Notes under the pieces: model-generated
What the model was told of the DNA's origin: nothing
Databases searched by the model: none
The model's input: only the letters and a program-made list of their open reading frames with translations
Position numbers and translations under genes: made by a program
Source: a bacterium
Lineage (GTDB): Bacteria > RBG-13-61-14 > DATKZS01
NCBI GenBank assembly: GCA_963674965.2
Contig: CAXXFL010000004.1
Location: forward strand, 224,001 to 288,000
DNA: 64,000 nucleotides
Direction: 5' to 3'
In this document: positions 9,022-18,634 of the stretch, piece by piece
How the letters are laid out: every line of letters begins with the position of its first letter
How positions within the stretch are numbered: position 1 is the first letter of the stretch

Positions 9022-11055
9022 TTGAGGAATTATATTATGGCCGCTCTTGTCGCGGCCGCTCTCCTTGCACCGCCCGCGGCCGCCCTGGCCAGGGTGCAAA
9101 TGAAACTGGACCTGGACGGCTCCCTGGATTACTTCGCCATACCCTACCCCAGCGACTTAAGACGCAATCCCGACGGCACGGTGGACAGAAAACGTTTTCC
9201 CGTGCCGGAGACCAACGCCCTCTCGACCCATTACCGGTCCCTGGCCGACGGCATGGAAGGGTTCGGGGTGAGCGAGTCGGCCTTTATTCGCTTCACGGGC
9301 AAGCTGGACCCGGAGCGGCTTCCCTCCCCCGAGCGTTCGGTCGAGCCCGATTCCCCGGTTTTCATCGTGAACGTGGACAAGGACTCCCCGGCTTACGGCG
9401 AGCGGATTCCCATTTATTGCTGGTTCCACGACCACACCCATGGAGCGCTGAAGGACCTGCTTGCCGTTTGTCCCTATCCGGGTTTCGTGTTGCGGGAGGA
9501 AACCACCTACGCGGTGGTCGTCATGTCATCCCTCGATCCCGAGCTCGAGCGATCGGCCGAGCTTAAGGACTTATTGGAAGGCAGGGACCCGGGCGGCAGA
9601 CTGGGCCCTCAAGCGGCCGAGGTCTATCGTCCCCTCGCTTGCTTTCTCAAGGACAAGGGCATCGACGAAAAAGACGTGGCTGCGGCCACGGTCTACACCA
9701 CGGGCGATCCCACCCGCCGCCTTCGCGCCATCATCGAATATATAGACGAGATATCTCCTCTTGGGCTGGACTCCCCGCCGACGTTCTTCCGGGAGCACGA
9801 GTCCTTCTACGCTCTGGCCTCCTCCTATACGGCCCCCCAGTTCCAGACGGGCAAGGGGTCGCAGCTTCTTCGAGGCGGCAAGGTCGAGTTCGAGGACGAC
9901 GGCCGTCCCATCGTGCAAAGGACCGAGAGCATACCCGTCAAAATCGTCATTCCCAAGTGTCCCATGCCGGCGGACGGTTTTCCCCTGCTCATTTACCTTC
10001 ACGGCGGAAGCAACACCAGCGTCGAGTTCCTGGACCACTATATAAAGAGCCAGGACGACCAGTTCACGCCGGGGGCCGGCCCGGCCCGGACCTACGCCGA
10101 GCGAGGCATCGCCGGCGTCTCGATGGGCATAGTCAAAAACCCGGAGCGGTACGGACGCTTCGGGGAGCACGGCCGCATGGCCGAGCTTCCCTTTTACAAC
10201 TTCCTGAGGGGAGACGCGCTGGTGGGCAACCACTGGCAGGCCGCGGCCGACGCCGCCGCTCTTCTTCGGCTCATGCGCGCTCTCGAGATCGATTCTTCCC
10301 TTTGTCCCGAGACCGACGCGAGCTCCTCGCCCGACGGCAAGATACGCTTCAATCCGAGATTGTTTTTCGCCTCGGGCTTTTCCATGGGTGGGACCATCCT
10401 CGGAAGCTGGGCGGGGGTCGAGCCGGGCATCGTGGCGACCATCCCCTCCGGGGCCTCGGGCCATTGGGGACTGCTGATAAGGAACTTCACCGCCGTGCCC
10501 GCCAAGCAATACTTCTTCGCCTGGCTGACCAACGGCAAACGCGACGAGCCCATGGACGCCCGCTGGCCCACCATCAGCCTTATCCAGGCGGTGCTCGAGC
10601 CGTGCGACACCATCACCTATGGGCCCCACGTGGCCATCCGTCCCTTCCCCGGCTCGGAGCCCAAGCATATCTACCTGGCCCTGGGCATGAACGACTTCTA
10701 CACCAAGACGGTGACCCAAAACGCGGTGGCCACATCTCTTGGCGTTCCCCTCGCCGGCCGGGTCATCGACGAGGAGATATTGCTGAGCCAGCGGCTTTTG
10801 GGTTACCATGCTCCCCAGGAGTTTCCACTGAAGCAAAACGTGGAAACGGAGGACGGAAAACGCGTGACGGGGGCCGTCATTCAGTGGGAGCCCGACGACT
10901 GGACCAACGAGGGCCACAACGTCAACTACAACCTGACGGAAACCAAACACCAGTACGGGTGTTTCTTAAGGACCCTGATCGACGACGGCGCGCCGACCAT
11001 CCCTCCGCCCGGCCCGGAGGGTAGCCCGTGTCACCTCGAGGCCGCGGGCGATTAA
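9022..11055 (+). CDS. Secreted alpha/beta-hydrolase with an N-terminal extension (lipase-like)
   Basis: Signal peptide; PYPSD; LIYLHGG; nucleophile elbow GFSMGG; C-terminal GH. Confidence 0.75.
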   Translation: MRNYIMAALVAAALLAPPAAALARVQMKLDLDGSLDYFAIPYPSDLRRNPDGTVDRKRFPVPETNALSTHYRSLADGMEGFGVSESAFIRFTGKLDPERLPSPERSVEPDSPVFIVNVDKDSPAYGERIPIYCWFHDHTHGALKDLLAVCPYPGFVLREETTYAVVVMSSLDPELERSAELKDLLEGRDPGGRLGPQAAEVYRPLACFLKDKGIDEKDVAAATVYTTGDPTRRLRAIIEYIDEISPLGLDSPPTFFREHESFYALASSYTAPQFQTGKGSQLLRGGKVEFEDDGRPIVQRTESIPVKIVIPKCPMPADGFPLLIYLHGGSNTSVEFLDHYIKSQDDQFTPGAGPARTYAERGIAGVSMGIVKNPERYGRFGEHGRMAELPFYNFLRGDALVGNHWQAAADAAALLRLMRALEIDSSLCPETDASSSPDGKIRFNPRLFFASGFSMGGTILGSWAGVEPGIVATIPSGASGHWGLLIRNFTAVPAKQYFFAWLTNGKRDEPMDARWPTISLIQAVLEPCDTITYGPHVAIRPFPGSEPKHIYLALGMNDFYTKTVTQNAVATSLGVPLAGRVIDEEILLSQRLLGYHAPQEFPLKQNVETEDGKRVTGAVIQWEPDDWTNEGHNVNYNLTETKHQYGCFLRTLIDDGAPTIPPPGPEGSPCHLEAAGD

Positions 11056-11085
11056 TCGCCCGGCCGCTTGCAAGGAGGACCGCCC

Positions 11086-12525
11086 ATGAACGAGTTGTTA
11101 ACCATGTCCGCCACCGAGATGGCCCGGCGGATCAAGTCACGAGATATTTCCCCCCTCGAGGCCCTCGAGACTCACATATCGAGGATCGAGGAGGTCAACC
11201 CGAAAATCAACGCGGTGGTGGTCAAGCGCTACGACGATGCCAGACGCGAGGCCAAGGAAGCGGAAAGCAAGCTGAAGGAGGGGAGGGACGACCTTCCTCC
11301 CCTGTTCGGCGTTCCCTGCACTATCAAGGACACCTACGCCGTCAAGGGCCTTACCTGGTCCGGCGGCGTGTATAACCGCAAGGACCTGGTGGCCGACTTC
11401 AACGCCTCGGTGGTGGACAGGATCGTCAAGGCGGGCGCCATCATCATGGGCAAGACCAACGTGCCCGAGGCGGCCATGTGGTGCGAGACCTACAACACCG
11501 TCTATGGCCGGACCAACAACCCCTACGACCTTACCCGCGCCGTGGGCGGATCGAGCGGCGGGGAGGGGGCCATAGTCGCCGCCTCCGGCTCACCCTTCGG
11601 CCTGGGCAGCGACATAGGCGGGTCCATCCGCTACCCGTCGGCCTTTAACGGCGTGGCCGGACACAAGCCCTCGGGAAGACTCACGCCCGGCACGGGCCAC
11701 TGGCCCGACATTCATCCTCCCCTCTCCGGCTATTGCTGCTACGGCCCCCTCGCCAGGCGGGTGGAGGACCTTATAACCATACTGCCACTGATAGCCGGTC
11801 CGGACGGCAAGGACGAGGTCTGCGAGGAGCGCGAGCTCAAGTCGCCCGACTCGGTGGACCTTTCCAAGACCAGGGTGTACTTCTTCGACGACAACGGCCA
11901 GGCAGCGCCCGATCCCGAGGTCAGGCGAGCCGTGAGCATGGCGGCGGGCGCGACCGGGGCAAGCGGGATACAAACCGAGTACTGGTACCCGGAGGGGGTA
12001 AATCAAAGCCTCCAGATATGGTCGGCCGGCATGGGCATGAGTTCCGGACCGAGCATGAAAGAGTACCTGGGCCGCGGAAAGCCCATCCCCGTCTACTCGG
12101 AAATGCTAAAGCTTATGGCCGGAAGGTCCAAAAACACCTTCCCGGCCCTCGGGGCCGCCCTCATTGAAGGGCCGACCTCGGCTTTCAAGTTCATCAACCG
12201 CTGGACCCTGGCGCAAGCCGACGACCTGCGCCAAAGGATCGAGGAAAAACTCGGAGACAACGGCGCCCTCATCTGCCCGGTCTTCAGCTCTCCCGCGCCC
12301 AAGCACACCCATATCTGGCTCAAGTTCATGGGCATCGGCTACTCGGGCCTTTTCAACGTCCTCGAGTTCCCCTCCACCATCATCCCCGTTTTCCACCGGC
12401 CCGACGGCGTGCCGGTCAGCGTGCAGGTGGTGGCGAGGCGCTTTAACGACCACGTGACGCTGGCCGTGGCCAGGGCAATCGAAAAAGCCTTTGGGGGATG
12501 GAAACCCAAGGAGATAATCGAATAG
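11086..12525 (+). CDS. Amidase-signature family protein (fatty-acid amide hydrolase-like)
   Basis: GVPCTIKD, GGSSGGEG, GSDIGGSIRYPS. Confidence 0.95.
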   Translation: MNELLTMSATEMARRIKSRDISPLEALETHISRIEEVNPKINAVVVKRYDDARREAKEAESKLKEGRDDLPPLFGVPCTIKDTYAVKGLTWSGGVYNRKDLVADFNASVVDRIVKAGAIIMGKTNVPEAAMWCETYNTVYGRTNNPYDLTRAVGGSSGGEGAIVAASGSPFGLGSDIGGSIRYPSAFNGVAGHKPSGRLTPGTGHWPDIHPPLSGYCCYGPLARRVEDLITILPLIAGPDGKDEVCEERELKSPDSVDLSKTRVYFFDDNGQAAPDPEVRRAVSMAAGATGASGIQTEYWYPEGVNQSLQIWSAGMGMSSGPSMKEYLGRGKPIPVYSEMLKLMAGRSKNTFPALGAALIEGPTSAFKFINRWTLAQADDLRQRIEEKLGDNGALICPVFSSPAPKHTHIWLKFMGIGYSGLFNVLEFPSTIIPVFHRPDGVPVSVQVVARRFNDHVTLAVARAIEKAFGGWKPKEIIE

Positions 12526-12556
12526 GAGAGCGGCCGGGCCGGGGCCGCGCCAAGCC

Positions 12557-13588
12557 ATGGAGGTGAAAAAGAAGAGGACGATAAAGCGGCTTACGCTGGC
12601 CGCGATTTCCCTTTTCGCGGCGCTCCTCTTAGCCGAGACGGCGCTTCGGTTCGCGTCCCCCACTTACAAGCGACTCCATGACCCGCCTCACAAGTTCTTC
12701 ACCGGCCATCCCACGCGAGGCTACGCCCTGAAACCAGGATACAAGGGAGACTCCGTGTGGAAAGTGCCCTTCCGCGTCAACTCCCTCGGGTTCAGAGGCC
12801 CCGAGATAGAAACGAAAAAGCCGGCGGGGACCTGCCGGGTAATCGTGATCGGAGACTCCATCGTCATGGGCACGGGCCTGCCGGAGGAGGCCCTGGTAAC
12901 GGCCAAGCTCGAGAAACTGCTTCAACAAGAGGAGCCGGAGGCCAAGGCCGAGGTGATAAACGCGGGCGTGGCCGGCTATAACGCCGACGGTTACGCCCTT
13001 TTGCTCGCCGAGGACGCTCTGAAACTGGAACCGGACGCGGTGGTGGCCGTGGTTTGTTTAAACGACGCGCCCGGCGCCTTTCCCTCCGATTTCATCAATC
13101 CCATCCGGGATTTGAATATGCCGGGCAAGAGCTTCCTGGTCGAGCGAACGGCCGTGGGACTAACGGTGCAAGCCATGTATAGCGGATTGGGCGCCCAAAA
13201 AGATTCTTCCCTTTCCAAGTGGCTGGCGGCCGAAAGGCATCCTCCCACCGCGGCCCGGATAGATCGTAGCAAAAAAAGATTCGAGACGGACGTCATATCC
13301 ATGCGCGACGCCTGCGCCTCGCAAAAAATCCGGTTCATATTAGTGGCGGTCCCCCACGCCGCCCAGTTTAGCGACGAGCGGCGGCGCTTCCTCTTCCAGG
13401 GCTGGCTTTCGGAATTCACCCGGGCGAATGGAATCGCGTTTATCGATCTGGCGCCCGCATTCGAGGGCATGGACCATTTGCCATATTTCCTGCCCGACCC
13501 CGTCCATCCTTCCCCCCAGGGGCACCAGATCATGGCCGAAAAAATCCTCAAGGAACTTCATCCCAAAACAAATATGCCCCCGCCGTGA
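12557..13588 (+). CDS. Membrane-anchored SGNH/GDSL hydrolase
   Basis: N-terminal TM; NSLGFRG; IGDS; NAGVAGY; CLND; DPVHP. Confidence 0.9.
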   Translation: MEVKKKRTIKRLTLAAISLFAALLLAETALRFASPTYKRLHDPPHKFFTGHPTRGYALKPGYKGDSVWKVPFRVNSLGFRGPEIETKKPAGTCRVIVIGDSIVMGTGLPEEALVTAKLEKLLQQEEPEAKAEVINAGVAGYNADGYALLLAEDALKLEPDAVVAVVCLNDAPGAFPSDFINPIRDLNMPGKSFLVERTAVGLTVQAMYSGLGAQKDSSLSKWLAAERHPPTAARIDRSKKRFETDVISMRDACASQKIRFILVAVPHAAQFSDERRRFLFQGWLSEFTRANGIAFIDLAPAFEGMDHLPYFLPDPVHPSPQGHQIMAEKILKELHPKTNMPPP

Positions 13589-13621
13589 TTGTGGGCCGGG
13601 GCTGTTCCCGTACGTCCCTTC

Positions 13622-14800
13622 CTACACCCCCCATGATATTTCGTCGCTTATTCCGGCGCGCTCCTTGATCAGCCTGGCAATGTCGTAACCGTCATCAAGG
13701 GATGACGAATGGGCAAGCCATATTGTTTTGCCATTGATTTTCAACCAGATCGGACCCTGTTTGGAGGTAAGGTAATATGTCGGGGAAAATACCTTCATGT
13801 CCTTGACGTGGAAGGTCTCGGTTTTTCCACGTAATCCAAAGTAGTCCATCCTCCTCGTAACCTGTCCGGGAATAGCGGTTATGACTTCGCCGCCAATAAA
13901 TGGCTTTATAGTTGAAATCACCAGAAAAAGTATAAGAAGAGTCATGGGAAACAGAAGTATTATGCCCAATCCGTCTCCGTCAATAATCAGTACAATCGGG
14001 ATCGCCGCCAGGACCGCGGTAATAATGAGGAGAATAGTAACGAGGAGGGCCAGGTCCGAGATTCGAGGTTTCCGAGTAATGGTTATAACCGCCTTATCGT
14101 CGTCGTCGTCTACGTCAATCTTATTTTCGCCGGCGTACAAAAGGTCCTTCCGGACGGGCTCTTGCGGCGGGGAAGACGCTTTATGGTCGATTATTCCCGT
14201 TTTTTGCTTTATTGCTCCGGCCAACTCGGCGGCCATCTCCAGAGGGAGGTCAAGGCCGAAAAGGAACCACAGTCCATCCTCCAGGCAAAGCCAGAAGGGA
14301 CCTTGAAAACCTGGATATAAAGCTTTTTCTCGAAAAGGCGACAGGGCAAGAAAGGATATCGTCTCCTTGGGATAGGCTGAGGTTTTATTGTAGAATAAGG
14401 AACGATTGAGGATAGTGATTCCCTCTGACGTTGCCGTTATGGTCTGCTTCTTCGAAAGAAAATGCGCCAGCGTTGCGGCGGATAAAATAAAAGTGGCGAT
14501 ATAGATGACCAGAATCAGAGCCAGAGGAAAAGTAATAGTAGCGTCCCTCAGCTTGTATAGAAGAAAGAAAAGAATGAAGGCAAAAGATACGGCGCCAAAA
14601 ACCCCTTTAAACGTCGTAAATCCGAGTAATTGCGGTCTTAGAGTTATTACCAGCTTATAGCCGTCGTCCTCGACGTGGACGCCTGGTTTGGTTCTGGATT
14701 TATTATCGAGGGCCTTTCGCCTATGTTCTCGTTTCCTTGGTCGTTCTTTCTTTGGCCTTTTCATTTTTGCTCTTGTAGACCAGATATATCTTTGCGCCAT
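13622..14800 (-). CDS. Hypothetical membrane protein with an internal tandem duplication (start may be 14764)
   Basis: Two units, each with a TM hairpin followed by a soluble domain (QGPFWL...IKQKTGI / QGPIWL...IKERAGI). Confidence 0.7.
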   Translation of the reverse strand: MAQRYIWSTRAKMKRPKKERPRKREHRRKALDNKSRTKPGVHVEDDGYKLVITLRPQLLGFTTFKGVFGAVSFAFILFFLLYKLRDATITFPLALILVIYIATFILSAATLAHFLSKKQTITATSEGITILNRSLFYNKTSAYPKETISFLALSPFREKALYPGFQGPFWLCLEDGLWFLFGLDLPLEMAAELAGAIKQKTGIIDHKASSPPQEPVRKDLLYAGENKIDVDDDDDKAVITITRKPRISDLALLVTILLIITAVLAAIPIVLIIDGDGLGIILLFPMTLLILFLVISTIKPFIGGEVITAIPGQVTRRMDYFGLRGKTETFHVKDMKVFSPTYYLTSKQGPIWLKINGKTIWLAHSSSLDDGYDIARLIKERAGISDEISWGV

Positions 14801-15323
14801 AATTTACGGCCATCATTAGCGCCAGGACGAAGAAAATAAAGTGTAACCTATTTCGGGTGAAAAACGCTTCATACATGTGCAGCCTATGGCTTTCGACGTG
14901 ACTCGAAAGCATGGTGAAGGCGAGAACGGGGGGTTCAAATAAGATGACGCCTGCAATAATGGTGAAGAAAATTACGAAAAAAATGACCATGTTGGCCTTA
15001 TAGATCAAAATGTCCTCGCCTTTAAGTTTAGCTATAACGTATTTTAGAACGACCATACATGCCAGCAGCGATAATATTTCTATTTTCAGGCCGGGGAACT
15101 GGGTCGAGTCGAAGTTAAGGAAATTCCAGATCAGCAATCCTTGGATATCGATCAAAACCCCGCTAACTCCGCTGTTGCCTTGTTTCCCGTAATAAGAGAT
15201 GGCGCTCATGATCTCGAAAGCCGCGAGGATCATAATCAAATAAAGGAGGATGAAGGAAAAGTCCCCCACATATCCACGAATCTGTGGAAATAATGCCCGC
15301 CTTTTCAAAGGTTCATCACCCAT
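14721..15323 (-). CDS. Hypothetical multi-pass membrane protein
   Basis: RBS GAGGAG; about 4 hydrophobic segments; AT-rich. Confidence 0.65.
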   Translation of the reverse strand: MGDEPLKRRALFPQIRGYVGDFSFILLYLIMILAAFEIMSAISYYGKQGNSGVSGVLIDIQGLLIWNFLNFDSTQFPGLKIEILSLLACMVVLKYVIAKLKGEDILIYKANMVIFFVIFFTIIAGVILFEPPVLAFTMLSSHVESHRLHMYEAFFTRNRLHFIFFVLALMMAVNYGAKIYLVYKSKNEKAKERTTKETRT

Positions 15324-15340
15324 CTTGTATGCTCCTCGTA

Positions 15341-15608
15341 AGATCTGAAGATCTGGGGACATCATGAAGATCTGGGGACATAAGATCTGGGGACATCATA
15401 CATAACTCACTGCAGATCTGGGGCAGATCTGGGGACAGCAGATCTGGGGACAGCATACTTATCTCGCCTTTATTTACGGCTAGAGAGGCGTTTATGAATA
15501 TTCCATCAATATTCATCGTCGAAGAACCCAGCTGATTTTCAAAAATTAAGTACACTGTCCCCAGAACTCAAGAACTCACATAACTCAAGTACACTGTCCC
15601 CAGAACTC
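15341..15608. repeat. Cluster of REP-like repeats: about 7 forward AGATCTG(GGGACA) units and 2 inverted AAGTACACTGTCCCCAGAACTC units
   Basis: Forward units at ~15341, 15349, 15368, 15383, 15414, 15425 and 15440; inverted units at ~15548 and 15587. Confidence 0.85.
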
Positions 15609-15742
15609 CAAGCTATTCATTATCCGGCCTCTATAGCTTTAATTGCCGATATTGACATGAGATATCGGAAACGTCAATATTTATTTTTGATGACATCATA
15701 TATAATGCCCCCATATCCACGGATACAAATTCCGAGCGAAAT

Positions 15743-15961
15743 TCAAGATGACCAGGACATTTTCAAGTCACGCTGGGTCGCCGCGCAATCTTGCAGATAC
15801 AGGTTGATCAAGGATTGGTATGGAATGCCTTTTTCCGCTGACATCTCCTTGAAGTATTCGATGACTTCCGGGTCCAACCGGAGCGTGATCTGCTTCTTGA
15901 GCCTTTTGGCATACGGGTTTTTCCGCGATTTCATTTTGGAAAGATCGTATTCGTTTTTCAT
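15743..15961 (-). CDS. brnA: BrnA-family antitoxin
   Basis: MKNEYDLSKM, KKQITLRLDPEVIEYFK, GIPYQSLINLYL; immediately downstream of a brnT-like gene. Confidence 0.9.
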   Translation of the reverse strand: MKNEYDLSKMKSRKNPYAKRLKKQITLRLDPEVIEYFKEMSAEKGIPYQSLINLYLQDCAATQRDLKMSWSS

Positions 15962-15965
15962 TTGG

Positions 15966-16247
15966 TCACCTCACGTAGTGTTTGGATTCGGATTTCGTCG
16001 CCTTGCGCGCCGAAATAATTCGAATCGTCTCTTCGTCTTCCCGGTGGCAATGGCAGACAAGAAGAAGTCGCGCATGGGCGCTGATTCCCAAAAGCAAAAA
16101 GCGATCTCCTTCTTCCGAATGTGGTTCGTCATAAAACTCAATGGCGTGCTCGTCATACAAAACCGTGCGCGCTTCTTCGAACTTTACGCCGTGTTTTTTG
16201 AAATTGCTTTTCGCCTTTTTAGCGTCTTATGTGAATCTAATACCCAT
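15966..16247 (-). pseudogene. brnT: BrnT-family toxin with a premature stop at codon 7
   Basis: MGIRFT*DAKKAKSNFKKHGVKFEEA...HSEEGDRF...IRIISARKAT; TAA at 16229-16227 replaces the conserved Trp. Confidence 0.85.
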
Positions 16248-16249
16248 TA

Positions 16250-16286
16250 TAACTACAATGTAACTACACGAGTGCCCTTTTGTCAA
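16250..16286 (-). promoter_or_regulatory. Putative brnTA promoter/operator (near-leaderless)
   Basis: TTGACA-N18-TACATT ends about 10 nt before the ATG and overlaps a direct repeat TGTAGTTA x2. Confidence 0.55.
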
Positions 16287-16336
16287 GACACTCTCACGCG
16301 GAAATATCCGTATAATATATGGACACCTTACTTAAC

Positions 16337-16613
16337 TCACTTCTTTTCAGGCTTTGGGCCCGGCTTTTGGGGGGCGAAGCGGCGGCCGAGGGCGGCCTCG
16401 AGTCCCGCGACGAAGTCCTTTACTCCGAGGGGGCGCTCGGCGAGCTCGTGCGTTTTTATTCGCGATACCTCGGAGCCAATTACGGGCAGATTCAAAAAGT
16501 CCTCCAAATTATAAGGTACCTTGTTGAACCGAAAAGGTTTGCTGCCTCCCGTTGCCCGGCTGGGTAACGTGGTGGGGCGCGTGAGGAACAACGGCTCTTG
16601 CCATCCTGACCAT
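16337..16613 (-). pseudogene. Internally deleted REP-associated tyrosine transposase (RAYT, IS200/IS605-like HUH)
   Basis: N-terminus MVRMARAVVPHAPHHVTQPGNGRQQTF is joined out of frame to the C-terminus ERPLGVKDFVAGLEAALGRRFAPQKPGPK; catalytic core missing; bracketed by inverted REP-like ends at 16315-16338 and 16650-16673. Confidence 0.8.
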
Positions 16614-16672
16614 GGCAAAATTTTGCCCCAGAGGAAGATGTATGTCAATAATCAAGTATGGTCCCCCATATT

Positions 16673-16840
16673 TACTTCTCGGGGTCTTCCACGGGACAGG
16701 CCGCAAGCGCCTGCAACTTTATCTCGGCGAGTTTTGTTATCGCTTGAACCGCCGCCTCTGGGAAGGAGAGTTGTTCGACCGACTTATAAGGGCATGCGCA
16801 ACACCGGGAGGGCTACTCGTTAGGAGTTAACCGCAAAGCC
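16673..16840 (+). pseudogene. IS1595-family transposase C-terminal remnant with probable element end
   Basis: GVFHGTGRKRLQLYLGEFCYRLNRR...LFDRLIRAC. Confidence 0.75.
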
Positions 16841-16989
16841 ATGAGCTTCTTGCAAAAGTCCTTTTCTTTGCGGCATAGCCGCTTTGGAGTGCGGTCGCTT
16901 GAGACCGCTTTCGAGGGCCTTGGCTTCAAGGCCTATTAATACACCGGCTTGCCTCGCGTCAAGCCGCTCGGAAGAAAAGCGGCGTCAAG

Positions 16990-18437
16990 TGTACAGACCG
17001 GAGACATGCTTCACAAGTGTTCGGGCACATAGGTAACATATTTCCTCGCTTGCTCGCGCTCCTGCTATTGACCTATTTTTCCTCGACCTAAGTTTATCTA
17101 TGCATCGATCACGTGGCCAGTCAAGGGCGGCGCAGCCGTCCCGCAGGGATTTACCCTTGACGGGCCTCGTGGAGATGCTATCGTCCTCATGGTCGAGAAA
17201 ACCTTTTATCACGTTTGCCTCCAGCTATGGTCTCGCAGATCGACGACCATGATCCGTTGGCGGCAGTAATAAACCTCGATCACGCCGTCCACTTGTGTAT
17301 TTCGCAAGCCGACCTTTTCACCAACGAAGGCCCGCCCCACTGGATAAAACTCGCCTTTGATTCTAACCGCCCCGCCCGGGTTCACCTTGCAAGTCGGCCA
17401 ATCATCCCGATACCAGACTTCGGGCAGAGTCTCGGGATAGGCAAAGGGGCTCATCGCGTAACGGCTGGCCGGCGTGTTCATGTCCAGGGCCTCGTGGGGA
17501 CGTTCATGGTTATAGCAGTCGCGAAAACGGTCGAAGGCTTTCTGACAGTCGTTCAGGTCGCCGAAGTTGCGTCCCCTTATCGCCTCCTCCTTAAGGGTCC
17601 GGTTGAACCGCTCGTTCTTGCCCTGGGTCTGGGGATGAAAGGGACGGCCGTGGCTGATGCCGACGCCGAGCCTGATCAGCCAGGCGCTCATGTAGTTGTA
17701 ACGCGAGTTCGGCGCGCAGAAGCTCGATCCGTTGTCGGTAAGTATGCGGCTGGGCAGGCCGTAGCGCATGAAGACCGGCGCCAGGCTTGCCCGCACGGTG
17801 TCCGCCCGTTCGTTGGAGCAGGCGGTGACCGTCAACGCGAACCTGGAGTGGTCGTCCACCACGGTGAGAGGGTGACAGGAACCGGCCGCCGTCGGAAAAT
17901 GTCCCTTGAAATCCATCTGCCACAACTGGTTGGGAGCCTCTCGTTCGAAACGCTTCATGGGACCGCGAGCCTTGCGCTGGGCGTCCCGCAGCCTGCCGTT
18001 GCGGTCGAGGATCGCCGTGATCGTGCTCGGCCTTGGCACTTCGTCGTGACCAAGATCGATCAGCCGCCGCTCGATTTTGCGCCCTCCCCAGGTCGGATGC
18101 TCGTCGCGAACCGAAAGCACCAACTGCTCGACCTCCGGGCAAACACGCTGGGGAGATCGCCTGGGACGGCGGGACCTGTCACATGCCCAGTCCTCTTCAC
18201 CGCTTTGCCCACGGCTGATCCACTTGTAGCCGGTGCGGCGACTGATACCGAATCGACGGCATAACTCGCTTATGTTGGAACCTGGCTGCATCGCTAAATA
18301 AACAAAATCCTTCCTCTGAGACACTTCGGTAACCTCATTCCATGGCATCTTTCTTCTCCTGTATTGACATACAGAAGAATGTACCAACTGTTACCCATGT
18401 CTCCGAACACCTGTTACCCATGTCTCCGGTCTGTACA
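16990..18437 (-). mobile_element. IS481-family insertion sequence (1448 bp)
   Basis: Perfect 19-bp TIR TGTACAGACCGGAGACATG; subterminal GGAGACATGGGTAACA repeats; flanking CAAG duplication. Confidence 0.93.
17209..18348 (-). CDS. IS481-family transposase
   Basis: MPWNEV..., HTH, LWQMDFKG, DDHSR, LTDNG, HPQTQGKNERFNRTLK, YNHERPH. Confidence 0.95.
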   Translation of the reverse strand: MPWNEVTEVSQRKDFVYLAMQPGSNISELCRRFGISRRTGYKWISRGQSGEEDWACDRSRRPRRSPQRVCPEVEQLVLSVRDEHPTWGGRKIERRLIDLGHDEVPRPSTITAILDRNGRLRDAQRKARGPMKRFEREAPNQLWQMDFKGHFPTAAGSCHPLTVVDDHSRFALTVTACSNERADTVRASLAPVFMRYGLPSRILTDNGSSFCAPNSRYNYMSAWLIRLGVGISHGRPFHPQTQGKNERFNRTLKEEAIRGRNFGDLNDCQKAFDRFRDCYNHERPHEALDMNTPASRYAMSPFAYPETLPEVWYRDDWPTCKVNPGGAVRIKGEFYPVGRAFVGEKVGLRNTQVDGVIEVYYCRQRIMVVDLRDHSWRQT

Positions 18438-18634
18438 CAAGCCGCCGCACTCCAAAGCGGGAATTTTGCAAGAGGCTCCCATATATTGGAATTCATCCCC
18501 ATGAAGACTTATACAAGAGGCCCTTCCGTAAATTTCTCATTCCCTCATTTTCATCGATTTGGCGCCGGGCGGCCCCGCCGTGTTAGAATATTGCATGTTG
18601 CTTAGCTCGTGATTTTTCTGGTGGAGGAAAAGTG

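Larger units (their letters stand above)
16843..18478. mobile_element. MITE-like REP-containing element (copy 2), interrupted by IS481
   Basis: TIRs GAGCTTCTTGCAAAA ... TTTTGCAAGAGGCTC; flanked by CCAT on both sides (16839-42, 18479-82); homologous to 2063-2253. Confidence 0.82.

Noticed and set aside
15341..15608. CRISPR array
   Set aside because: Units are only ~13 bp with 0-20 bp irregular gaps and both orientations; no unique spacers and no cas genes in the window
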